Shown piece by piece: positions 19,528 through 28,711 of a stretch of 64,000 nt of DNA; position 1 is the first letter of the stretch; each line of letters starts with the position of its first letter. This DNA comes from an uncultured Spirochaetota bacterium. GTDB lineage: Bacteria; Spirochaetota; Spirochaetia; SZUA-6; Fen-1364. Where the stretch lies: positions 1,408,001 through 1,472,000 of the forward strand of contig CAWAHW010000002.1 in NCBI GenBank assembly GCA_963781885.1, given 5' to 3'. A model generated the notes under the pieces. The model did not search any database and was not told where the DNA came from. It saw nothing but the letters and a program-made list of their open reading frames with translations. Both the position numbers and the translations under genes were made by a program.

Positions 19528-20256
19528 TCAGGCGTGCTCCATGAACCACCGGACCTCGCGCTCCGTGAGGCGGCGGAAGTGGCCGGCGGGGATGCCGCGC
19601 AGCGTGAGCGGGCCGATGCGCACGCGGTGGACTCTCTTCAGCCGGATGTTGCGGCTGGCAAAGACGTTGCGCAGCTCGCGGTTTTTTCCTTCCACGAGCG
19701 TGATGGTGGCCGAGTGCGGACTGCGCAGCCGGTAGCTGGTGCAGCGATACGTGATGTCGCCGACCCGCATGCCCTTCTGGTATTGGCGGAGGAAATCTTC
19801 ATCGATGGCCCTCCCCGTCTCCACGAGGTACTCCTTTTCGATGCGGGACCGGGGGTGGGAGACGATCTTCGTGAACTCTCCGTCATTCGTGTAGAGGATC
19901 AGGCCGCTGGAAAGGAAGTCGAGCCTTCCGACGTGGAAGAGCCTCTCCTTGATCGCGGAGCTGTAGAGCGTGCGCGCGACGGGCCTTCCTTCCGGATCGG
20001 TGTTGGCACAGATGAAGCCCGCTGGCTTGTGCAGGGCGATGTAGACGTGCGTGCGCGCGGGGGTGACTTTCCGCCCGTCCATCGTGACGCGGTCCGCGGG
20101 CTGGACCTTCTCTCCCAGCCGGGTCACGGTCTGGCCATTGACCTGGATCCTTCCGTCCGTGATGAACGTCTCACAGGTACGGCGCGAGCCGACCCCGCAG
20201 CGCGCGAGATAGAGCTGGAGGCGAACCGGGGCCGACGGCGCGCTATTCCCGCTCAA
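19528..20256 (-). CDS. rluB: rRNA pseudouridine synthase (RluB/RsuA family)
   Basis: S4 domain RLQLYLARCGVGSRR; GRLD catalytic motif; EGKNRELR; follows scpB. Confidence 0.85.
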   Translation of the reverse strand: MSGNSAPSAPVRLQLYLARCGVGSRRTCETFITDGRIQVNGQTVTRLGEKVQPADRVTMDGRKVTPARTHVYIALHKPAGFICANTDPEGRPVARTLYSSAIKERLFHVGRLDFLSSGLILYTNDGEFTKIVSHPRSRIEKEYLVETGRAIDEDFLRQYQKGMRVGDITYRCTSYRLRSPHSATITLVEGKNRELRNVFASRNIRLKRVHRVRIGPLTLRGIPAGHFRRLTEREVRWFMEHA

Positions 20257-20779
20257 AGCGTTCCTTCTCCAGGCCGTCGAGCTTCGGAAGGTCGGAAATC
20301 GTCGCCAGGCGGAACGCCTTCAGGAACTCGCGCGTCGTGCCGTACTGGACCGGCTTTCCCGGCACGTCCTTCTTGCCGACCTCGCGGATGAAGCTGCGGC
20401 TCACAAGGAGCTTGATCATGCCGTCGGCGGAAACGCCGCGGATGCTCTCCACCTCGGCGCGCGTGATGGGCTGGGAGTAGGCGATGATCGCCAGCGTCTC
20501 CAGGGCGGCCTTCGACAGCCTGTTCTCCGCGCTTTTTCCGTAGCGCTCGCGCAGCTGCTCCCACAACGACTTGCGGGGGGCGAAGGAGTAGCCGCCGCCG
20601 ATCTCCACGATCTCTATGCCATGGCCGTCCGCCTCCAGCGCCGCGCGCAGATGCTGAAGCGCTTCCTGCACGGCATCGGCGGAAAGCCCCGTGATGTCGA
20701 TGAGCTTCCGTGTCTCCACCGGGTCGTTTTCGAGCAGAAGGACCGCCTCGATGAGGGCCGCCTCCCTAGTGATTTCCAT
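20243..20779 (-). CDS. scpB: SMC-Scp complex subunit ScpB
   Basis: LSKAALETLAIIAYSQPITRAEVESIRGV; YGTTREFL. Confidence 0.95.
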   Translation of the reverse strand: MEITREAALIEAVLLLENDPVETRKLIDITGLSADAVQEALQHLRAALEADGHGIEIVEIGGGYSFAPRKSLWEQLRERYGKSAENRLSKAALETLAIIAYSQPITRAEVESIRGVSADGMIKLLVSRSFIREVGKKDVPGKPVQYGTTREFLKAFRLATISDLPKLDGLEKERFERE

Positions 20780-21587
20780 GATCTTCAGATCCCTCCGGCA
20801 GCGCACTCGTCCTCATTTGCTCGAGGCCCTCAATCTCCGGCAGAAGCGGCGGAGGCGCGGTCTCTGCGCGGCGGGCCCGTATCCTGATATCCCCGAAAAG
20901 CCTGTTCTGCAAGACCACGATCCGTCTTTCCTTGACGAGCTCCAGCACCGCCCAGAACGAGCAGACGATCTCCAGGAGCGTCCTCTTCTTCACGAGATCG
21001 GTGAACATGAACTCGTCGTGCTCCTCCAGGAGCTCGGAGACAAGCGTGATCTTCTCATTGACGCTCACCTCCTCGTAGAGATCGATGATCCGCTCCGAGG
21101 AGAGATTGGACAGGAGGGAGGAGAATGTCTGGAGGAGGTCCCAGACGCTCACCTGCTCCCAGATGCCTTCATCGGAGAAGGGCAGGATGCGCTGGCTGCG
21201 GGTGCGCTCGATGATCCACTCCACCTCCCCTTCCCTGTCGGCCATCAGGTCGGAGAGCTTGCGGAAGCGCTGGTACTCGATGAGCTTGTCCACCAGCTCC
21301 TTGCGGGGATCTTCGAACTCGTCGTCGAGGCTCAGCTCGACGGGCAGGAGCATCTTGCTCTTGATGTAGAGGAGCGTGGAAGCCATGAGATAGAACTCGG
21401 TCATTGTGTCCAGATCCACCTTCGTGGCAAAACCCAGGAAGGAGAGGTACTGCTCGGTGATGGAGGCGATGGGAATGTCGTAGATGTTGACCTCGGATTT
21501 CCGGATCAGGAAGAGCAGGAGGTCCAGGGGGCCGTCGAACTGGCCGAGATGGAAATGCTGCTTTTCGCTCGCGTTGGGGTCAGACAT
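20766..21587 (-). CDS. scpA: Segregation/condensation protein A
   Basis: FDGPLDLLLFLI, EFYLMASTLLYIKSKMLLP. Confidence 0.95.
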   Translation of the reverse strand: MSDPNASEKQHFHLGQFDGPLDLLLFLIRKSEVNIYDIPIASITEQYLSFLGFATKVDLDTMTEFYLMASTLLYIKSKMLLPVELSLDDEFEDPRKELVDKLIEYQRFRKLSDLMADREGEVEWIIERTRSQRILPFSDEGIWEQVSVWDLLQTFSSLLSNLSSERIIDLYEEVSVNEKITLVSELLEEHDEFMFTDLVKKRTLLEIVCSFWAVLELVKERRIVVLQNRLFGDIRIRARRAETAPPPLLPEIEGLEQMRTSALPEGSEDHGNH

Positions 21588-21608
21588 CGCTCCGAGGCTT
21601 CGCTCCCT

Positions 21609-22169
21609 TCATGGTGTTCGTGCGGACGGCGGTATCGGGTCAGTATAGTCACCCGGACCGTAAAGGTAAACACCCTCCTCTGCGCCCGGCAGGGCGCGAA
21701 GCTCCGCGGCATGGTCCGCAAGCTTCCGTCCCGTGAGTGGATGAACGAGGAGTGGGGCGAGCTCCAGAAGCGGGATGAGCGCGAAAAGACGCTCTGATAG
21801 ACGGGGGTGCGGAATGACCAGGGTGAGGGTATGCATGACGAGGTTTCCGCAGAGCAGGATGTCGAGGTCCAGGGTGCGGGGGCCCATCCTGATCTCCCGG
21901 CTGCGGTCCCGGCCGAGCTCCTTTTCGATTCGCTGGAGAGCCTCCAGCAGCTTCTGGGGCGGAAGGTCGGTGAGAAGCTCACCGACAGCGTTCAGGTACA
22001 GCGGCTGGTCGGTGACATACATCGGCCGTGTTTCGTAGATCGAAGAAAGCCTCATGAAGGAGCAGAGCGGGTTAAGGCGCCGCCAGCCTTCCCGCAGATT
22101 GCCTTCGCGGTCCCCGAGATTGGCGCCGAGCGCCACGTGGTAGCGGCGTGCCTTTTCGGGCGGCGCCAA
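21609..22169 (-). CDS. folK: 2-amino-4-hydroxy-6-hydroxymethyldihydropteridine diphosphokinase
   Basis: ALGANLGDR, YLNAV, GPRTLDLDILL, IPHPRL. Confidence 0.95.
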   Translation of the reverse strand: MAPPEKARRYHVALGANLGDREGNLREGWRRLNPLCSFMRLSSIYETRPMYVTDQPLYLNAVGELLTDLPPQKLLEALQRIEKELGRDRSREIRMGPRTLDLDILLCGNLVMHTLTLVIPHPRLSERLFALIPLLELAPLLVHPLTGRKLADHAAELRALPGAEEGVYLYGPGDYTDPIPPSARTP

Positions 22170-22187
22170 TGTGTCCGGAACTGTCAG

Positions 22188-23369
22188 CTAGAAGAGCTCC
22201 TTTCCTGGATCCCCTCCCCCGGTGTCCTCGTCCGCATACTCCGATGGCGGAGCCGCCGACCGGGTCTTTGTAGGAAGAGGCTGGATGACGGGAGCCGCGG
22301 GCGGCTCGCTGGATGGTGCAGGACCGTTTCCCGGCTTGGGAAAGAGCGTGTCCCGCACCTTCTTTTCCACTTCCGCGTAGACCGCGGGATTGGATTCCAG
22401 GAAGAGACGGGCATTCTCCACGCCCTGGCCGATGCGCTCCTTGCCGTAGGAGTACCAGCTGCCCGCCTTTTCAACGAGGTTGATCTGGAGGGCTGCATCC
22501 AGGAGGCTTCCCACGGCGGATATGCCTTTCCCAAACATGATGTCCATCTCCGCCTTGCGGAAAGGAGGCGCGACCTTGTTCTTGACGACCTTCACCCTCA
22601 CCTTGTTGCCCACGACCTCGTCGCTGCCGTGCGCGATGCTTTCCACCTTGCGGATCTCAAGGCGCAGGGATGAATAGAACTTCAGCGCGAAGCCGCCCGT
22701 GGTCGTCTCAGGGTTGCCGAACATGACGCCGATCTTCATGCGGATCTGGTTGATGAAGATCAGGACGGTGCGCGTCTTGGAGATGGTTCCCGTGAGCTTG
22801 CGCAACGCCTGGCTCATCAGGCGCGCCTGCAGACCCATGTGGGAATCTCCCATGTCGCCTTCTATCTCCGCGCGGGGCGTGAGGGCCGCCACCGAGTCGA
22901 CGACGATGACGTCCATGGACCCCGAGCGGACCAGCGCCTCCACGATCTCCAGCGCCTGCTCCCCCGTGTCCGGCTGCGACACCCAGAGCTCGTCCACGTT
23001 CACGCCGAGGTTTTTTGCATAGACGGGGTCCAGGGCATGCTCCGCGTCCACGAAGGCGGCGATGCCCCCCTGCTTCTGAGACTCCGCGATTGCATGGAGC
23101 GCGAGCGTGGTTTTCCCCGAGGATTCGGGGCCGTATATCTCCACGACCCTGCCGCGCGGGTACCCGCCGACGCCGAGCGCCGCGTCCAAGAGGATTGAGC
23201 CGGAGGGGATGACATCCACGTCTGCCCGGCGGATATTGTCCCCGAGCTTCATGAGGGAACCCTTGCCGAACTGCTTCTCTATCTGCAGCCGGGCAGCCTC
23301 CAGGGCGCGCGACTTTTCCTCATGGACGCTGGAGCTCTTCTCCGCGGGGGGAGCCTCTTTCTTCGCCAT
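22188..23369 (-). CDS. recA: Recombinase A with a Pro-rich acidic C-tail
   Basis: [37 protein letters not shown]. Confidence 0.99.
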   Translation of the reverse strand: MAKKEAPPAEKSSSVHEEKSRALEAARLQIEKQFGKGSLMKLGDNIRRADVDVIPSGSILLDAALGVGGYPRGRVVEIYGPESSGKTTLALHAIAESQKQGGIAAFVDAEHALDPVYAKNLGVNVDELWVSQPDTGEQALEIVEALVRSGSMDVIVVDSVAALTPRAEIEGDMGDSHMGLQARLMSQALRKLTGTISKTRTVLIFINQIRMKIGVMFGNPETTTGGFALKFYSSLRLEIRKVESIAHGSDEVVGNKVRVKVVKNKVAPPFRKAEMDIMFGKGISAVGSLLDAALQINLVEKAGSWYSYGKERIGQGVENARLFLESNPAVYAEVEKKVRDTLFPKPGNGPAPSSEPPAAPVIQPLPTKTRSAAPPSEYADEDTGGGDPGKELF

Positions 23370-23430
23370 TCTGCCTCAGCCTCTCTTTACCCGTAATACG
23401 CCGGAAATGACTGGTCGATTGAGCAACGGG

Positions 23431-23465
23431 TCCGATAAGTATAATCGGAAGCCCGACGATGTCCA
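23431..23465. promoter_or_regulatory. Overlapping divergent -10 boxes inside a palindrome (recA / hypothetical gene)
   Basis: TCCGAT-AAGTATA-ATCGGA contains TATAAT (+) and TATACT (-); TGGACA-N16-TATACT faces recA. Confidence 0.5.
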
Positions 23466-24145
23466 GTGGAGCGGCGCACGGCGCCATCATATCCATCGCA
23501 TTTCTGCTCGCGGCGGTGACGCTCGCCGCGCAGGACTGGGAGGCCTTTGCCGCCGGCAGCGGCAGCGCCCAGGACCCGGTGCTCCTGTCCGCAATGGCGG
23601 CGGGGGACCTGCAGACAGCCCTGGGCATCTGCCGCGGGGTGAGCCGCCGCTCCGATCCTTCGATGGTCAATTTCATCCAGGCGCTCACAAGCACCCCGGC
23701 ACGAGCCCCCTGGCGAAGCGAGCTCCTTCTCCGCATACTGCTGGAGCCCTTGGCCGAGGCGGGGACAAGCGAAGATTTCCGCAGCGCGCGCCTCCAGGCG
23801 AACGCAAGCGCCCTCAACGATCTGTATTCCCGCATCGATGACTGGAAAGACGCCCAGCTTGCCGCGGCGCTCGTCCGCATTGCGCCCTTTGCGGCAACAC
23901 CAGCATCCTTGCAGGCCGTCATGCGCGTCGGGGCGCGCGTGATCGCGGAGCTACAAAAAGGCAACGGCCTCATCCCTTCCGAGGAGACCGCGCTCGCCCT
24001 TGATTGCGTTTCATCCGCTGCCGCACTGCGTCGGCCGGAAATGGCCGAGCTGTGCATGCAAATGGCCCGGCTTTCACATGAGCCGGTCCTCGTGAAGGCG
24101 GCGCGCGCCGCGGCTGCCACCCTGCTTTCGCTTCCTGCTCCGTGA
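23459..24145 (+). CDS. Exported alpha-helical hypothetical protein
   Basis: Signal-peptide-like N-terminus; Ala/Leu-rich helical sequence; fills the recA-prs gap. Confidence 0.55.
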   Translation: MSSGAAHGAIISIAFLLAAVTLAAQDWEAFAAGSGSAQDPVLLSAMAAGDLQTALGICRGVSRRSDPSMVNFIQALTSTPARAPWRSELLLRILLEPLAEAGTSEDFRSARLQANASALNDLYSRIDDWKDAQLAAALVRIAPFAATPASLQAVMRVGARVIAELQKGNGLIPSEETALALDCVSSAAALRRPEMAELCMQMARLSHEPVLVKAARAAAATLLSLPAP

Positions 24146-24203
24146 GGGCGTGGACGCCCTTCTTCCGTGGACTCCCCCCCGCGTTTCTGGTAGATTCACC
24201 CCC

Positions 24204-25310
24204 ATGCGCGGCAGGCTGAAAATATTCTCCACGCGAGCGCTCTCCGACTATCACCAGGAGGTGAGCCGGGCGCTGCACGCGCAGGACCTTTTCCAGGAAG
24301 GGCACGGGGCGGCGGATTTCGACGGGGAGCTTTCGATCTCGAAATTCGCCGACGGCGAGATGGAGGCGGAGCTGGGCACGTCCGTACGCGGCTGCGACGT
24401 TTTCCTCTTTGCCGGCGGCGCGCGCTGCGCGGGCGGCGCCACGGTGGAGGAGAACAAGCTGGAGACCTATCACGCCGTCGACGCCTTGCGCCGCGCGCAG
24501 GCCCAGCGCATCACCGTCTTCGAGCCGTACTGCAGCCCGGGGAGGTCGGATCGGCTCACGCGACGCAACTCGGTGGGGCTCTGGCTGCACTTCAAGATCC
24601 TCATCAGCCTCGGCACCGATCACTACATCACGTTCCAGCTCCACTCCGAGAAATCCAAGACATTCATCGATCCGGCGCACTGCTCCGTCGACGACATGCC
24701 CGGACAGGCGCTCCTCCAATCATACATATGCGACAACATCGTCCAGTCGCGCGATAGGCTCCACGGTGAAGTGCGGCGGCAGTGGCTCTTCTGCTCCGTG
24801 GACGCCGGCGGCGAGGCGCTTGCAAAGAAGTTCGCCGCCTCCTTCGGCACGAAGATCATCATCTCCCACAAGCAGCGCGACTACTCGACGGCGAACAAGG
24901 TGGAGTCGATCAGCATCCTCACCTCCGAGCCCATCGAGGGGAAGACGGTCTGGATCATCGACGACATGATCGACACGGGTGATTCCATGTGCAAGCTCGT
25001 CCACGAGCTGGCACGCTACTCCCCTGCCGCGATCAACATCGCCGTCGTGCACGCGGTGTTCTCCCCGCCGGCGATCGAGCGGATCGGCGAGCTGTGCGAC
25101 CGCAAGCTCATCGGCACGCTCCTGGTCTCCGACACCGTCGCCTGCACGCAGCAAGTGCTGCAAAAGCTGCCCTGCGTGCGCGTCGTCTCCTCGACGCGTC
25201 TGGCGGCGGAGATCATCTACCGCCTCCACGCGGAGCTTGCCCTGTCGCCGCTTCTCGCGCAGTTCAACGCGGATGATTACCTGAAGGAAAATCGGCCTCT
25301 CGAGGCCTGA
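24204..25310 (+). CDS. prs: Ribose-phosphate pyrophosphokinase
   Basis: KFADGE, SVRGCDVF, SVDAGG, PRPP motif IIDDMIDTGDS; ATG 7 nt after TGGACT-N17-TAGATT. Confidence 0.9.
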   Translation: MRGRLKIFSTRALSDYHQEVSRALHAQDLFQEGHGAADFDGELSISKFADGEMEAELGTSVRGCDVFLFAGGARCAGGATVEENKLETYHAVDALRRAQAQRITVFEPYCSPGRSDRLTRRNSVGLWLHFKILISLGTDHYITFQLHSEKSKTFIDPAHCSVDDMPGQALLQSYICDNIVQSRDRLHGEVRRQWLFCSVDAGGEALAKKFAASFGTKIIISHKQRDYSTANKVESISILTSEPIEGKTVWIIDDMIDTGDSMCKLVHELARYSPAAINIAVVHAVFSPPAIERIGELCDRKLIGTLLVSDTVACTQQVLQKLPCVRVVSSTRLAAEIIYRLHAELALSPLLAQFNADDYLKENRPLEA

Positions 25311-26086
25311 AGGAAGCCTTCCCGGACGAGCTGGTCCAGGGCCGCATCCAGTCTCGCGTCGGCGTTTCCCAGCGCTCTTGCGATCTGTGCTTTTGTCGCC
25401 GACCGGAGGGAAAGAATTGCCTCGAGTATGCGCCCACGGAGCTGGCGCACGGAGCCTTCGAATGCGGGCTGTTTCCTGTATCGCGCGCTGCGCTTGTTTG
25501 CATCCCTGTCCTTTGCGGCGAGCATCGCGCCATAGTCCATGAGGGCATAGAACCACTCGCGCGGATTGCCGCGGTCCATCGTCGACTCGACAAGGGGCAT
25601 GATGCGCGAATCTGTCACCGCGATCTGCCCGGGGAAGTAGAAGTGCAGGTAGACGCGCCGCACGTTCGTCTCGATGAAGGCAATGGGCAGGTTGAAGGCA
25701 TAGACAAGCACGGCCGCCGCCGTTGCGTGACCGATGCCGGGAAGCGCTTCCAGCTCGGCGAGCGTGCGGGGCAGCCTGCCCCCGTGCTCCCGGCAGATGA
25801 TGCCCGCCGTCCGCAGGAGCGCCAGGGCGCGGCGGTTGTACCCGAGCCCTTTCCAGGCGGCAAGCACCTCCGCCACGCCGGCCTGCGCCAGCTTCTGCAT
25901 CGTCGGGAAGCTCTTGAGAAACGCGCCATACTTTGTCATCACACGCGCGATGCCCGTTTGCTGGAGCATGAGCTCCGACACGAGAACCCTGTACGGCGAA
26001 CGGGTGAAGCGCCAGGGCATGGGCCGATAATGATCCCGGTACCAGGACCAGATGCGGGCGCGAAAGGCGCGGGGCGAAGGGATCAG
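25277..26086 (-). CDS. mutY: A/G-specific adenine glycosylase (MutY-like, short form); probable CTG start at 26086
   Basis: PWR...PYRVLVSELMLQQT, WKGLGYNRRA, HhH LPGIG, ETNVRRV; the MutY-like N-terminal helix lies upstream of the first ATG (26020). Confidence 0.85.
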   Translation of the reverse strand: MIPSPRAFRARIWSWYRDHYRPMPWRFTRSPYRVLVSELMLQQTGIARVMTKYGAFLKSFPTMQKLAQAGVAEVLAAWKGLGYNRRALALLRTAGIICREHGGRLPRTLAELEALPGIGHATAAAVLVYAFNLPIAFIETNVRRVYLHFYFPGQIAVTDSRIMPLVESTMDRGNPREWFYALMDYGAMLAAKDRDANKRSARYRKQPAFEGSVRQLRGRILEAILSLRSATKAQIARALGNADARLDAALDQLVREGFLQASRGRFSFR

Positions 26087-26532
26087 AACCTTTTCTCCGT
26101 GTCCAGGAGTATCGTGACAGGTCCCATGTTCGTATAGGAGACTTCCATGGACGCCTGGAATTCGCCTGACGCGACCGTGAGACCGGAGCCCTGGAGCATG
26201 CGAAGCGCCGTCTCATAGAGAACGCGCGCCACGGCAGGCTCCGCGGCCTCCGTGTAGGAGGGCCTGCGGCCATCCCGCGCGTCGCCGAAAAGGGTGAACT
26301 GTGAAACGACGAGCAGCGCCTTGGCGTCATCGAGCGCGGAGCGATTCATCCTGCCATTCTCATCCGTGAAGATGCGGAGGTTGACGATCTTGTCGCAGAG
26401 AGCGCGCACGTCGCGCTCGGTGTCGGAGCGCCCGACTCCGAGATAGACCAGAAGGCCGTCCTCGATGCGTCCCTTCAGGATGCCGTCGACATGAACGGCG
26501 CAGGCGCGGACACGCTGAACGACGGCGCGCAT
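26083..26532 (-). CDS. dtd: D-aminoacyl-tRNA deacylase
   Basis: MRAVVQRV, VSQFTL, GRRPSY, NMGPVT. Confidence 0.95.
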   Translation of the reverse strand: MRAVVQRVRACAVHVDGILKGRIEDGLLVYLGVGRSDTERDVRALCDKIVNLRIFTDENGRMNRSALDDAKALLVVSQFTLFGDARDGRRPSYTEAAEPAVARVLYETALRMLQGSGLTVASGEFQASMEVSYTNMGPVTILLDTEKRF

Positions 26533-26542
26533 AGCGGTTCCT

Positions 26543-27616
26543 TCAGGGCGAGACGAGCGCGTGCACGGAGATGCCGTTGAGCGTGATCGCCGTGCCATGG
26601 ACCACCACCTGGCCGAGGACCTCCAGCGCGGAGCCGTTGGAGAGTTGCGCGGCAAAACCGAGCGTGACGGGAACGATTCCTTCGAGCTGCTTTTCCTGAT
26701 CGTAGCCTTCCAGCAGGTCGAAGGTGATCGCGTCTTTGCCGTTGTTGAGATTGGCGATCTTGCCCTTCCACCGGATCGTGCAGCCGTCATAGAGGGCGGG
26801 CTGGTGGGAGACCGTGGCATAGGAATACGGGTCGCGGAACGTGTCGAATGTCGGCAGGGTGACAAAACCCTTCAGCATGCGCGCCCGCTCCTTGACCGCG
26901 GGAGCCGCGTTTGAAAGCAGGATGCGGTTGATCTCCACGGTTGCCGGGTTGTCGCGGTAGGCAAGCAGGTAGCTCTTTGCGCTCTGGAAGGACTTGCGCA
27001 CGTCGCGTTCCGACAACACAAACGTGAAGTCCGTGCCCGTGTCGATGTAGGAGCCGATGTCGCTCGGTATCTCGATGGCGGAGACGCCCGGCCGTTGTGC
27101 CTCCGGCGGCCGCATGCTCCGCACGACGATGAACGCGCCGCCGGCAAGAATCAGGACCCCGAGGACTGCGATGATGAGGGAAACCGGCACGGCGCGGCGC
27201 GGCAGGGGCGGATAGAGAAGCTTCAGACGGCCCGTGTCGATGAGCTCCTGGAGCTGGTCTGGCGTGAGCCCGCGGCGCAGGATGTCCAGGCCGCGGCGCG
27301 CCGTTGGGTTGGACGGCTGGCTCTCCAGCACGGAGAGCCACCGCTTGAGCGCCGTCTCGTTCTCTCCCTTGCGGAAGTGGACCGCGGCGAGCCCCAGCAC
27401 GACATTGATGTCCTCGTCGTCGATCTGGTGGGCGCGGCTGATATAGGAAAATGCTCCGCCGAGGTCACCGGTGTGCAGGCACGAGAAGCCCAGCAGCTGG
27501 AAATACTCGAAGCTCTCCCGGTACTTGAAGACGTCGGGCTCAAGCAGGCGAATGACCTCCGCGAAGCGCCGGGCCCGATAGAGCTGGCGCGCCTCTGTCA
27601 GGCTCTTCACCTTCAT
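26543..27616 (-). CDS. TPR + TM + OB-fold-like protein
   Basis: N-terminal TPRs, central TM helix, C-terminal beta-rich region (IRWKGKIAN...LEVLGQV). Confidence 0.7.
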   Translation of the reverse strand: MKVKSLTEARQLYRARRFAEVIRLLEPDVFKYRESFEYFQLLGFSCLHTGDLGGAFSYISRAHQIDDEDINVVLGLAAVHFRKGENETALKRWLSVLESQPSNPTARRGLDILRRGLTPDQLQELIDTGRLKLLYPPLPRRAVPVSLIIAVLGVLILAGGAFIVVRSMRPPEAQRPGVSAIEIPSDIGSYIDTGTDFTFVLSERDVRKSFQSAKSYLLAYRDNPATVEINRILLSNAAPAVKERARMLKGFVTLPTFDTFRDPYSYATVSHQPALYDGCTIRWKGKIANLNNGKDAITFDLLEGYDQEKQLEGIVPVTLGFAAQLSNGSALEVLGQVVVHGTAITLNGISVHALVSP

Positions 27617-27628
27617 CGGTGTGTCGTC

Positions 27629-28711
27629 CTACTTGCCCGTCGTCGCGTAGTGCGAGGATCGCCCGTTGAGGTCCGCAAGCGCGCGCGTGAGCGCGGCAAG
27701 GTCATCGTCGGAGATTGTCGCTCCTGCCGCAACGGCCGCATCAATGCGCGCAAGGATCTGGTCCACCGTCTGCAGGTCCACGCGCACCGCCTGACCGGTG
27801 TCGGGCGCCGTCTGGGCGGCGGCGAGGGACTGCTGGAGGCTTGAAGAGAGATCCACCGCAGGCGTCGTCCCCGCGTTGAAACCGGCCTTCGCATAGACGC
27901 CCATCGCAATCGTGATTGTCGCCTCGCCGGCCCGGGGAATAGGACGGGGGTCGTAGTACTGCGCGGCCGCCGAATCGTTCACCGAATAGGGAAGCAGGCT
28001 GAAGTTGCGGACCGTGGACGTCTCATAAGACCACGTGGAGTCGCTCAGGCGTTTCCAGTTGGCAAAGATCACCCGATCGGGGACCGTGACGCCCTGGCCG
28101 GACAGCATCACCTGCAGTCCGAAATTGTCTGCGTCCCCCGTGAGCGGGGAAACCCAGTATGCCGCCTTGTCCGCTGCCGCGAGAGTCAGCTCGTGCGTGA
28201 GCTGGGTCATCGTATCGGTGCGGAAATGAACGAAGCTCGATTCGCCCAGATACGTGTCGAACAGGTAGCGAGCGCCGGCCGTGATGTCCTGCTCCGAAAG
28301 ATTCTTGATGTTGAGGTCGATGCGGACGCCGTCCGAGACCGGAGACCCGCTGGAAGCGACGAACGTGAATGTTTCCGTCACCTGGAGAAAAGGGGACTTC
28401 CAGACGAAGCGTCCACCACCGGGTGTTTTCTCCGCTTTTTCGGAGAACTCGGAGCTCTCACCCATCCGGTAGACCTTGTTCCCGATGACGATGCTGAGGC
28501 TCGTTGTCCGCGGGTCCTGCGAAGCCAGAAGCGGAACGAAAACGCCGCTGCCGCCCTTTGTCTGGCAGGAGAGGGAAAAACGGCCGATGCCTTCGTTCAG
28601 CGTCAGTCGCACGCGGCCGTCCGCCAGATCCAGCCCCCACGAAACCACCGGGGCAGCGAGGATCAGGACGGCGGCAACGAGGAATGCAGTGGTGCGCACC
28701 TGCTGTTTCAC
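27629..28711 (-). CDS. Exported beta-rich hypothetical protein
   Basis: GTGA overlap with upstream stop; GGAGG SD; signal peptide. Confidence 0.7.
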   Translation of the reverse strand: MKQQVRTTAFLVAAVLILAAPVVSWGLDLADGRVRLTLNEGIGRFSLSCQTKGGSGVFVPLLASQDPRTTSLSIVIGNKVYRMGESSEFSEKAEKTPGGGRFVWKSPFLQVTETFTFVASSGSPVSDGVRIDLNIKNLSEQDITAGARYLFDTYLGESSFVHFRTDTMTQLTHELTLAAADKAAYWVSPLTGDADNFGLQVMLSGQGVTVPDRVIFANWKRLSDSTWSYETSTVRNFSLLPYSVNDSAAAQYYDPRPIPRAGEATITIAMGVYAKAGFNAGTTPAVDLSSSLQQSLAAAQTAPDTGQAVRVDLQTVDQILARIDAAVAAGATISDDDLAALTRALADLNGRSSHYATTGK

